From Tubiluchus corallicola (taxonomy: Eukaryota; Animalia; Priapulida), in assembly GCA_030141605.1 (NCBI GenBank), contig JAQGDQ010002399.1, forward strand, positions 29,220 to 93,219: a stretch of DNA of 64,000 nt, in the 5' to 3' direction. The notes beneath the pieces are model-generated. The model was given only the letters and a program-made list of their open reading frames with translations. It had not been told where the DNA came from and searched no databases. Below are positions 28,895 to 38,017 of this stretch, piece after piece (positions within the stretch are counted from its first letter, which is position 1; each line of letters begins with the position of its first letter). Position numbers and translations under genes: made by a program.

Positions 28895-30154
28895 ATGAAA
28901 TTAATACAAACTGGCTCTTTTTTTACTTTTACAACTACTTTACTATTAATGCTAAGTCATTGTAACAATGTAGAGAATAAGGACATTGAAAACTACAACT
29001 ACATAATAGGCACACAAACAGTAGGTCCTAAATATAAATTTACAGACGAAACCTATCTGGTAGAGACTGCACAAGAGATAAAAGAAATGGGTTCTAACCT
29101 AATGAAGTTCTCTATGAACCCTCGTTATTGTACAGAAAACTACAACCTTCCCCGCAATGAAAATGTTAATTCATTAACTACTCTTGCTCAATATGAACCT
29201 TCTGTAAATAAGGTTTTAAATATGGATTTTACTTATTACATGATATGGGCTTACTCTTTTTCTCAATACACACCAGAAGTTGAAGGAGAAAAGAAAGATG
29301 AAAACCAAATTAAGTTTATTGGAGGATTTTCTGATGAATATGTCGAAAAGGAATACAAAGAGATGTATGAATTTACCAAATATTTACTCACTGAATTTAA
29401 CCGTTCAGAAAAATACTTCTTTCTTGGACACTGGGAAGGAGACTGGCACTTACGCTGGTATGAGGATAAAACAAAAGAGCCAGACAGTGCGACCGTAGAA
29501 GGAATGATAAAATGGCTACAAATAAGGCAAAAGGCTATTGACGATGCCAAAAAAGATGTTCCTCACGAAAAAGTATGGATATACCATTATTCGGAAATAA
29601 ATTTAGTAAAAAGATGGGATGTATATAAAGGAGATAAACTTTCTGTGATAAACAATGTATTACCTTATGTGCCTATTGATTTTGTTTCTTATTCTGCCTA
29701 CGATGCAACCAACCCGTTTACGACCTATACAAGTTTAAATAAAAATTTGATAGAAGCTCTAAATTTTATAGAGTCGAAATTGAAACCTAAAAAAGGACTG
29801 CCTTTCAAGAAAAGAGTATGGATAGGAGAATATGGTGTGCCGCATAAATCAGCAGGGGAGGAAAAACAAAATGAGCAGGCAAAATGGGTAATTCAAACGG
29901 GCTTAGAATGGGGAGTTCCTTTTATTCTCTACTGGGCAATGTATAACAACGAAATAGATGAAAAGGGAGAGCAAATAGGCTTTTGGATGATAGACAATAA
30001 TGGACAGAAACAAAAGGTGTATAAAACACATCAAAACTTCTATTACTCAGCAAAAGAATATGTAAATAAATACTTACAAGAGAACAAGAAAACTCCAACA
30101 GAAGAAGAATTTAGAAAAGAGGCAATAAGCATAATTAGAGAATTGTCAGAATGA
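28895..30154 (+). CDS. Uncharacterised lipoprotein, putative clan GH-A-like glycoside hydrolase (paralog B)
   Basis: LGHWEGDW, DFVSYSAYD, VWIGEYG, LYWAMYNNE; probable lipobox LSHC. Confidence 0.6.
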   Translation: MKLIQTGSFFTFTTTLLLMLSHCNNVENKDIENYNYIIGTQTVGPKYKFTDETYLVETAQEIKEMGSNLMKFSMNPRYCTENYNLPRNENVNSLTTLAQYEPSVNKVLNMDFTYYMIWAYSFSQYTPEVEGEKKDENQIKFIGGFSDEYVEKEYKEMYEFTKYLLTEFNRSEKYFFLGHWEGDWHLRWYEDKTKEPDSATVEGMIKWLQIRQKAIDDAKKDVPHEKVWIYHYSEINLVKRWDVYKGDKLSVINNVLPYVPIDFVSYSAYDATNPFTTYTSLNKNLIEALNFIESKLKPKKGLPFKKRVWIGEYGVPHKSAGEEKQNEQAKWVIQTGLEWGVPFILYWAMYNNEIDEKGEQIGFWMIDNNGQKQKVYKTHQNFYYSAKEYVNKYLQENKKTPTEEEFRKEAISIIRELSE

Positions 30155-30364
30155 TGAAATAAGAATTAACTCCCATTTCAAGAGCTTTTCATTGTTATTT
30201 CAACAGACTGACACATTGCATCAAATACCTTTGTACAATAATCTATTAACTAAAAAACGGATAGTACAAAAATGCTAATCTACTCATTTGTTTGCTCACC
30301 ATAAACAGAACAAAATCTTAAATAAGTTTCTTTACATCTTGTTTCTCAAAGTTTTAGTATCTTT

Positions 30365-33300
30365 TTACTTTATATATATCCTTTTTATTGTAGGTGTTCC
30401 ATCTTGTGTGTTGAGTTGAAATAGATATATACCTTGTGGATAGCTTTCCAAGTTAATAGTCTCCAACTTTCGTCTTAAAGTTTGCTGTGCATATATCTTG
30501 CCTTTTAAGTCTATAATAACTAACTGAATCTCTTCACCACCTTTATTTTCTACATTGATGTATTCATTTGCAGGGTTTGGATAGAGGATAATATTTTCTA
30601 ATATATATTTATTAGCGCTGGTTATTCTATCTTTACCATAACCCTTGATTAAGATATATTCATCAGAGCCGCTATTGATAGCATTAGAACTTATTGTTAC
30701 AAAGCCACTATACAATTTTGCTTCTGTGGGAGAAAAATATATTTCCACAGTGTCTGATGTGTTTGGGCTTATAGTTCCTGAATTCCAACTTATTGTGTAC
30801 TCGCCTCCATCTGGCAAAGCAATGTTGTCTATAATTAAATCTAATTCTCCTCTGTTGTGAATAAGCAATTTAAGAGTGTCTTGGTCTTCTAATAACACTT
30901 CTTCAAAGTCGAGTTCTTTTTCCCCGTTCTCTCCTGAAAGCTCTATTTCTGCTGTTTGCAGATAACCAGCCCCTGACAAGAAAATAGTATCAAGAGGGGA
31001 ATAAGCATTAGAATAGATTATTAAGGTATCTGCGTAAGTTTCTACATCAACAGGTTCGAAATGAACAGAAATAGCAACTGTATCTCCTGCAAGTATCGAT
31101 TCGGGTACATCAGATACAGTAAATACTGAAGAAGAGGTAGTAATAGACTTTATTGCTACACTCGCTGTGCCTGTGTTAATTAAATTGGTTAAAATAGTTT
31201 TAGCATCTTCTCCTATTGCATAATTGCCAAAGTCAAGAGCATTATTTTGCAATGTTAGTTCTCTATCAACGTCTTGGATATGAATGATAAGTTCTAACGT
31301 AGACATACTATTTCCATCAGTTACAGACAGTTGCACAGTATCACTTACTATATCTAAGTTTTCACCTGTGTGATTGTATACAATAAGACTGTCGTAAATA
31401 TCTTTTTGGGAGAATTCATCACCAAGAACAAGTACCGTACCAGTTGCAATATCATCTCCTTTGTTAGCAAGCAACACTAAGTCGCCTATTTTAGGAGTAT
31501 CATCAACAATAAATTTAATATTTGCAGTATCAGTATCAGGGTCGGTTGCTTCCAAAATGGCACTACTTACTACAGTATCTCCTTGAGGATTTACTTTTAG
31601 CAACTCATTTTTCTCAATTACAGGTGCATCATCTATCAAAATAATATTTATAAACAAAGTATCTTGTATAGTGTCTATTTCTGTATCTGGTAAGTTGTGT
31701 GCAATATCTGTTATGGTATATACAATAGTATCTGCCTGTCTGAATTGGTTACTATCGTGTTGAAATATAACTAATCCATTGTTTATATCCGCTTGCGTGA
31801 AACTTGTTATTTCGTCCCCGTTGTCATCTTTAATATACCCGTGAGGCATTTTATCTATGGTATAGGTTAGCTCATTAGGTGGATTATCGGCGCTGCGGTA
31901 TTCCAGAGAATCTTTGAAGTAGAAGTATTCTCGTTCTTCTATATTTAATACACGTTTTGTCACTTCTATGATAGGATAATTGATAGGAGAAATATCTACG
32001 TAGAATGAAAATAAACTGTCTTCACCGCTTTCGTTTTTAGCTCTATTGCCTTCGTTATCTTCTAAATAAAAAGTAAAGAAGTTTACAGTACCCGAATTAT
32101 CCATAGTATCGTGAGCATAAGTAACTAAATTGTCATCTATATCTTTTTGTATAAAAGAGTTGTTCTGTGCATCTAATGTATCTCCATCTACTATTAAATC
32201 TGCATAAACCGGAAGAGTTTCTAAAACAAAGCTTATATTATTATCCTCTCCATCAAAATCTGTTGCTTGCAATAAAGTATTGTTTATTAAACTATTCTGT
32301 CCCTTGTCAATTCTAAGAGTATCGTTAGCTATTAGCTCTGGGCGATGCTTAATACCAATAAAAAGAGTATCCTCTATTACCCCTACACTATCCCCAAAAT
32401 TATCCTTATCTATCACATAGAAGAAAACACTATCTTCCAACGTATTAGAATCATCGTGACGATAATAAACGAAGTTATTATTAATATCAGCTTGTGTAAA
32501 CCTGTCAGATGCACCTAAAATATTTCCATTTACTATAAATTCCCCATTCAAAGGAGGGGTAGTAACTACATACTCCAAATACGATAGGTCGGTAATATTT
32601 GCATCCGAGTATTCTAAGGAGTCTTGGTTTATCAGCACATAACTTCCTTTGTATACAAATATGTCTTTCTTTGTTTCTCTTTTCAAAAGTCCATCAATAT
32701 TTATATGAAAAGTAAATACAGTATCAGTCAGACCATCTATTTTCTTAGCAACATTATTTTCCTCATCCACTATCTTAAAAGTGAAATTATCAGTAACTTC
32801 TTCCGAATTCTCATCGTGAACATAACGAACTAAACCATTGGCAATATCCCCCTGCAAGAAAGATTCGCCTTGTGAGGTTAATGTATTTCCATCTACTATA
32901 AGGTGTCCAGAAGTAGGAAGAGTCTCTAAAACAAAGCTTATACTATTATCATCTCCATCAAGATCTGTTGCCTGCAAAGAAGCATCAGTCAATACACTAT
33001 CTTTTCCTTCTGGTATTTTAAGAGTGTCGTTGGTTATTAGCTCTGGATAATGCTTAATACCAATAAAAAGAGTATCCTCTATTACCCCTACACTATCCCC
33101 AAAATTATCCTTATCTATCACATAGAAGAAAACACTATCTTCCAACGTATTAGAATCATCGTGAAGATAATAAACAAAGTTATTATTAATATCTTCTTGT
33201 GTAAACCTACCAGATGCACCTAAAATATTTCCATTTACTATAAATTCCCCATTCAAAGGAGGGGTAGTAACTACATACTCCAAATACGATAGGTCGGTAA

Positions 33301-35653
33301 TATTTGCATCCGAGTATTCTAAGGAGTCTTGGTTTATCAGCACATAACTTCCTTTGTATACGAATATATCTTTCTTTGTTTCTCTTTTCAAAAGTCCGTT
33401 AATATCTATATGGAAAGTAAATACAGTATCAGTCAGGTCATCTATTTTCTTAGCAACATTGTTTTCCTCATCCACTATCTTAAAAGTGAAATTATCAGTA
33501 ATTCCTCCCGAATTCTCATCGTGAACATAACGAACTAAACCATTGGCAATATCCCCCTGCAAGAAAGATTCGCCTTGTGAGGTTAATGTATTTCCATTTA
33601 CTATAAGGTGTCCAGAAGTAGGAAGAGTCTCTAAAACAAAGCTTACACTATTATCATCTCCATCAAGATCTGTTGCCTGCAAAGAAGCATCAGTCAATAC
33701 ACTATCTTTTCCTTCTGGTATTCTAAGAGTGTCGTTGGTTATTAGCTCTGGTCGATGCTTAATACTAATAAAAAGAGTATCAATTACAGAAGCTATATCT
33801 TCTCCATTGTTGTTCTTATCTAGCACTATTAGACAAATACTATCTTCCAATGTATTAGAACCATTATGGCGATAATAAACCAAATCATTATTAATATCTG
33901 CTTGTGTAAACGTGTCAAGCGTGTTGAAAATATTTCCATCTACTATAAAATCTCCATTTTCTGTAAATGGTACGATAGTTATGTATTCTAAATGTGATGG
34001 GTCAGTAATATTTGCATCAGAGTACTCTAAGGAGTCTTGGTTTATCAACACAAAATCTCCTTTGTATACAAATATGTCTTTCTTTGTTTCTCTTTTCAAA
34101 AGTGCATTAATATCTACATAGAAAGTAAATACAGTATCAGTCAGACCATCTATTTTCTTAGCAACATTGTTTTCGTTATCCACTATCTTAAAAGTAAAAT
34201 TATCAGTAACTCCTCCCAAATCCTCATCGTGAACATAACGAACTGAACTACTGGCAATATCTCCCTGCAAAAAAGATTCGCCTTGTGAGGTTAATGTATC
34301 TCCATCTACTATAAGGTGTCCAGAAGTAGGAAGAGTTTCTAAAACAAAGCTTATATCATTATCTTCTCCATCAAAATCTGTTGCCTCCAAAGAAGCATTA
34401 GTCAATACACTATCTTTTCCTTCTGATATTTTAAGAGTGTCGTTGGTTATCAGCTCTGGGCGATGCTTAATAGTGATAAAAAGAGTATCCTCTATTACCC
34501 CTACACTATCTCCAAAATTATCTTTATCTATCACATAGAAGAAAACACTATCTTCCAATGTATTAGAATCTCCTCTGTGACGATAAGAAACTAAGTCATT
34601 ATTAATATCTGCTTGTGTAAACCTGCCAGATGCACCTAAAATATTTCCATTTACTATAAAATCTCCATTCGAAGAAGAGGTAGTAATTACATATTCTAAT
34701 TTTGCAACATCCCCTAAAAGATCGTCATCCTTGTACTCCAAAGTGTCCTGTGTAATAAGAACCTCTTCTCCCTTATATACACTGATATCTTTTTTCACTA
34801 CTCGCTCTAAAAGGTCATTTACAGGTGCAATTTTTATATTGAACTGGAACAAACTATCTGTTATGCCATCTACTTGCTTAGCAGTATTGCCTTCTTCATC
34901 TTCTAAGTAGAAAGTAAAAAAGTCGCTAGTAGTTTCTGAACCATCGTGAACGTAGTAAATATTATTAGCAGTACTTGTTATTAAATAGCTTTGTGTAAAG
35001 GAATCTGTACCTCCATTTTGTAAAGTATCTAAATTATTATTACCATCATTCAACACCAATATACCATTGTCTGGAAATTTTTGCACTAAATAGTTTATCT
35101 CTGAATTTTTGCCATCAAAGTCTTCTCCTTTTAGTGTCCTAGCAGTTATTACACTATCCTCTCCCTCATTTATTTTTAATGTATCATTTAATGTCAGTAC
35201 AGGACGGTGCTTAATAGTGATGAAAAAACTAACAGTATCTATTTCATGTTCAAGATTATCTGCATCTGATACAAACAATACTATTGTATCTTTTTTTTCT
35301 AAATTAGGAGGAATTGTCTTATAAAATATATTACCATTGTCAATATCAGATTGTTCAAAACTATTAACAACCACACCATTATTAACAATATGAGGAGAAC
35401 CTTTGCCAATAGTATATAAAATAGGAGGAACCCCTATATAACTCAAAGAATCCTTTATTATATTAATACTATCACCATAATATACTTCGTAATTGGGAGC
35501 AGCGTTTTCATTTTCCAAAGGAATTGTATTTCCGCCTAATACATTTCCACAGAATATACAGTACATTAGCACTGCAGTCCATAAGATTTTACCATTTGGT
35601 TTAAAAACCCTTAATCTTTTCATAATCTTTTCATTGAAAGGAAAAGTAAACAT
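30365..35653 (-). CDS. Large T9SS-secreted adhesin with CSPG/cadherin-like repeats, two Ig-like (choice-of-anchor D-like) domains and a type A CTD
   Basis: Repeated FTQ.DI.N..V.Y.H motif; LDFG...NTG domains; C-terminal LYPNPA...GIYLFQL...KRIYIK; start may be 35623. Confidence 0.85.
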   Translation of the reverse strand: MFTFPFNEKIMKRLRVFKPNGKILWTAVLMYCIFCGNVLGGNTIPLENENAAPNYEVYYGDSINIIKDSLSYIGVPPILYTIGKGSPHIVNNGVVVNSFEQSDIDNGNIFYKTIPPNLEKKDTIVLFVSDADNLEHEIDTVSFFITIKHRPVLTLNDTLKINEGEDSVITARTLKGEDFDGKNSEINYLVQKFPDNGILVLNDGNNNLDTLQNGGTDSFTQSYLITSTANNIYYVHDGSETTSDFFTFYLEDEEGNTAKQVDGITDSLFQFNIKIAPVNDLLERVVKKDISVYKGEEVLITQDTLEYKDDDLLGDVAKLEYVITTSSSNGDFIVNGNILGASGRFTQADINNDLVSYRHRGDSNTLEDSVFFYVIDKDNFGDSVGVIEDTLFITIKHRPELITNDTLKISEGKDSVLTNASLEATDFDGEDNDISFVLETLPTSGHLIVDGDTLTSQGESFLQGDIASSSVRYVHDEDLGGVTDNFTFKIVDNENNVAKKIDGLTDTVFTFYVDINALLKRETKKDIFVYKGDFVLINQDSLEYSDANITDPSHLEYITIVPFTENGDFIVDGNIFNTLDTFTQADINNDLVYYRHNGSNTLEDSICLIVLDKNNNGEDIASVIDTLFISIKHRPELITNDTLRIPEGKDSVLTDASLQATDLDGDDNSVSFVLETLPTSGHLIVNGNTLTSQGESFLQGDIANGLVRYVHDENSGGITDNFTFKIVDEENNVAKKIDDLTDTVFTFHIDINGLLKRETKKDIFVYKGSYVLINQDSLEYSDANITDLSYLEYVVTTPPLNGEFIVNGNILGASGRFTQEDINNNFVYYLHDDSNTLEDSVFFYVIDKDNFGDSVGVIEDTLFIGIKHYPELITNDTLKIPEGKDSVLTDASLQATDLDGDDNSISFVLETLPTSGHLIVDGNTLTSQGESFLQGDIANGLVRYVHDENSEEVTDNFTFKIVDEENNVAKKIDGLTDTVFTFHINIDGLLKRETKKDIFVYKGSYVLINQDSLEYSDANITDLSYLEYVVTTPPLNGEFIVNGNILGASDRFTQADINNNFVYYRHDDSNTLEDSVFFYVIDKDNFGDSVGVIEDTLFIGIKHRPELIANDTLRIDKGQNSLINNTLLQATDFDGEDNNISFVLETLPVYADLIVDGDTLDAQNNSFIQKDIDDNLVTYAHDTMDNSGTVNFFTFYLEDNEGNRAKNESGEDSLFSFYVDISPINYPIIEVTKRVLNIEEREYFYFKDSLEYRSADNPPNELTYTIDKMPHGYIKDDNGDEITSFTQADINNGLVIFQHDSNQFRQADTIVYTITDIAHNLPDTEIDTIQDTLFINIILIDDAPVIEKNELLKVNPQGDTVVSSAILEATDPDTDTANIKFIVDDTPKIGDLVLLANKGDDIATGTVLVLGDEFSQKDIYDSLIVYNHTGENLDIVSDTVQLSVTDGNSMSTLELIIHIQDVDRELTLQNNALDFGNYAIGEDAKTILTNLINTGTASVAIKSITTSSSVFTVSDVPESILAGDTVAISVHFEPVDVETYADTLIIYSNAYSPLDTIFLSGAGYLQTAEIELSGENGEKELDFEEVLLEDQDTLKLLIHNRGELDLIIDNIALPDGGEYTISWNSGTISPNTSDTVEIYFSPTEAKLYSGFVTISSNAINSGSDEYILIKGYGKDRITSANKYILENIILYPNPANEYINVENKGGEEIQLVIIDLKGKIYAQQTLRRKLETINLESYPQGIYLFQLNTQDGTPTIKRIYIK
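32150..35206 (-). repeat. Intragenic tandem repeats, ~705-bp two-domain unit
   Basis: The IKH(R/Y)P anchor recurs at 32344, 33049, 33754, 34462 and 35206 (spacings 705, 705, 708, 744); central copies are nearly identical in DNA. Confidence 0.95.
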
Positions 35654-35657
35654 AATA

Positions 35658-35694
35658 CAAATATAAGCTAATTAAAATTATTTTCATAAATTTG
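35658..35694. promoter_or_regulatory. Back-to-back sigma-A -7 elements for the adhesin (-) and trpE (+)
   Basis: TATATTTG on minus at 35658-35665; TAAATTTG on plus at 35687-35694. Confidence 0.55.
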
Positions 35695-35776
35695 TAGATT
35701 ATTCTTTATAAAAGATAAAATAATTCAACGTTCAAATATTCATCGTATTACAACTTCTTAATAACTTTTAACTTTT

Positions 35777-37192
35777 ATGAAGTTTAAACTACAAAAAGAA
35801 ACCCTCAGAAGATTAGCTGATACAGTTACACCTGTTAGTATTTACCTCAAAGTAAGGGAGCAGTATTCTGATGCCGTATTGTTGGAAGGAGCTGATTTTC
35901 ATATAGATGACAACTCTTACTCTTTTATATGTTTCAACTCTATTGCCCATTTTAAGGTAGAAAAGGAAAAAATATATGAAAAAAATATTGATGGGTCTTC
36001 ACGTAATTATCCTATTACTCGCGACTTTAAAGTCATTGATCAGCTCAACTTATTTGTAAAACAATACAGCCTTGACAACCAAGATGTTACAAATACAGAT
36101 GGTTTTTTTGGCTACATTGGTTATGATGCCGAAAAATACTTTGAAACCATAGAAGTAGGCAAGAAAATAAAAGATGAATACTATATACCTGAAATACGCT
36201 ACGACTTGTTCAAATATGTAATTCGTCTCAATCATTTCAAAAATGAAATAACTTTACAAAAAAATTTATACGGCAATGAAAAGAGTAGTGACCTCGATGA
36301 GTTGTACAACACTATAAAAAAAACCGTAAAAGAGGTAGAAAACTTTTCTCTTTCAGGTGAAGAAATATCAGCTACCACAGACGAAGAGTTTTTAGAGATG
36401 GTACGAAAAGGGAGGAAACATTGTCATTTAGGCGATGTATTTCAAGTAGTACTATCGCGACAGTATAGTCAAAAGTTCAAAGGAGACGACTTCAACGTAT
36501 ATAGAACTTTACGATATATTAATCCATCTCCCTATCTTTTTTATTTTGACTACGGCAAATACAAAATATTTGGCTCTTCGCCCGAAGTGCAAATCAAAGT
36601 TATAGACAACAAAGCTACCATACACCCCATAGCAGGTACATTTAAACGCACAGGCAATGATGAAGCAGATAAAGAATCAGCCCAAAAACTACTTGCTAAT
36701 AAAAAAGAAAACGCAGAACACGTGATGCTGGTAGACTTGGCTCGTAACGACCTTAGCCGCAATTGTAACCAAGTAAAAGTAGAAGTCTTTCGCGATGTGC
36801 AGTATTTTAGTCACGTTATACATCTTGTATCCATTGTTACAGGGCAATTGAAAAAAGGTTGCAATACAATGGATATATTGGCAGAAACCTTTCCAGCAGG
36901 TACACTTACTGGTGCTCCCAAATACCGCGCAATGGAGTTGATAGACCAATACGAAACACAAGCACGAGGTTACTATGCCGGAGCCATAGGCTTTATAGGA
37001 TTAAACACCGATATTAATCACGCTATAATGATACGCACCTTCCTTAGCAAAAACAACACTCTCTTTTACCAAGCAGGAGCAGGAATAGTGCATAAGTCTG
37101 ACGAAGAAAGCGAGTTGCAAGAAGCCCATAATAAATTGAGGGCACTACGCACAGCGATAGGGCAAGCAAGCAAGCTGAAAAATAGAAGCTGA
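35777..37192 (+). CDS. trpE: Anthranilate synthase component I
   Basis: LADTVTPV, GDVFQVVLS, NPSPY, SSPE, PIAGT, AEHVMLVDLARND, FPAGTLTGAPK, QAGAGIV. Confidence 0.95.
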   Translation: MKFKLQKETLRRLADTVTPVSIYLKVREQYSDAVLLEGADFHIDDNSYSFICFNSIAHFKVEKEKIYEKNIDGSSRNYPITRDFKVIDQLNLFVKQYSLDNQDVTNTDGFFGYIGYDAEKYFETIEVGKKIKDEYYIPEIRYDLFKYVIRLNHFKNEITLQKNLYGNEKSSDLDELYNTIKKTVKEVENFSLSGEEISATTDEEFLEMVRKGRKHCHLGDVFQVVLSRQYSQKFKGDDFNVYRTLRYINPSPYLFYFDYGKYKIFGSSPEVQIKVIDNKATIHPIAGTFKRTGNDEADKESAQKLLANKKENAEHVMLVDLARNDLSRNCNQVKVEVFRDVQYFSHVIHLVSIVTGQLKKGCNTMDILAETFPAGTLTGAPKYRAMELIDQYETQARGYYAGAIGFIGLNTDINHAIMIRTFLSKNNTLFYQAGAGIVHKSDEESELQEAHNKLRALRTAIGQASKLKNRS

Positions 37193-37280
37193 AAATTGAT
37201 AACATATATACATTTACAGCTTGTCCGTAATATCAAAAACATTAGGAATAAATCAAAAATGATTTTTTAGCTTTTATCTT

Positions 37281-37850
37281 ATGAAAATATTAGTATTAGA
37301 CAATTACGATTCTTTTGTGTATAATCTTGCACATTACCTAGAAGAGCTAACCAAACAGCAAATAGACGTATTTCGCAACGATGAAATAAGCATAGAAGAG
37401 GTAGCCAAATATGATAAGATATTGCTTTCCCCTGGTCCCGGTGTGCCAAAAGATGCTGGTATAATGCCCGAACTGATACAACGATACGCAACTACCAAAA
37501 GTATACTTGGTGTATGCCTTGGAGAACAAGCCATAGGCGAAGCTTTTGGCGGAAGACTTATCAATCTGGAAGAGGTATATCACGGTGTAGCCACCACTAT
37601 TACCATTACAGGCGATAGAGATGTTACTTTCAAAAATATTCCTAAAACTATAGAAATAGGACGTTACCACTCGTGGATAGTAGATAAAAATACACTGCCT
37701 GATGTTTTAGAAATGACTAGTGTAGATGAAAACGGCTACTTAATGTCTTTGAAACATAAAACCTTGGATGTAAGAGGCGTACAGTTTCACCCTGAATCTG
37801 TCCTCACCCCGCACGGTAAGGAAATGATAAAAAACTGGTTGTTAAGTTAA
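37281..37850 (+). CDS. trpG: Anthranilate synthase component II (glutamine amidotransferase)
   Basis: DNYDSF, SPGPG, GVCLG, RYHS, QFHPES. Confidence 0.95.
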   Translation: MKILVLDNYDSFVYNLAHYLEELTKQQIDVFRNDEISIEEVAKYDKILLSPGPGVPKDAGIMPELIQRYATTKSILGVCLGEQAIGEAFGGRLINLEEVYHGVATTITITGDRDVTFKNIPKTIEIGRYHSWIVDKNTLPDVLEMTSVDENGYLMSLKHKTLDVRGVQFHPESVLTPHGKEMIKNWLLS

Positions 37851-38017
37851 AAGATAAAAATTAAAAAATTTGAAGATATTTTGTAAAAGTTAAATAATAT
37901 AGAGAAAATTTCTATTATTTAAAACAATAGATTTTGACAGTTGTTTTGTGTTATAATACCTTAATTTTGTAGGTTAGCTACTAATTTTCATCTTTATTTT
38001 TTATTCTTATTCAATTT

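Noticed and set aside
32624-34246. Repeated short plus-strand ORFs (MVYQH..., MAISPCKK...) that look like a small gene family
   Set aside because: They are antisense shadows of the 705-bp adhesin repeats
32150-35206. Near-identical repeats as a CRISPR array or diversity-generating retroelement TR/VR pair
   Set aside because: Units are long, in-frame coding domains with no spacers, and no reverse transcriptase or cas gene is in the window
35695-35776. trp attenuator or leader peptide
   Set aside because: No Trp-codon leader ORF or terminator hairpin in the short leader
37172-37195. aagctgaaaa direct repeat at the trpE stop
   Set aside because: Only 10 bp; most likely a trivial slippage duplication
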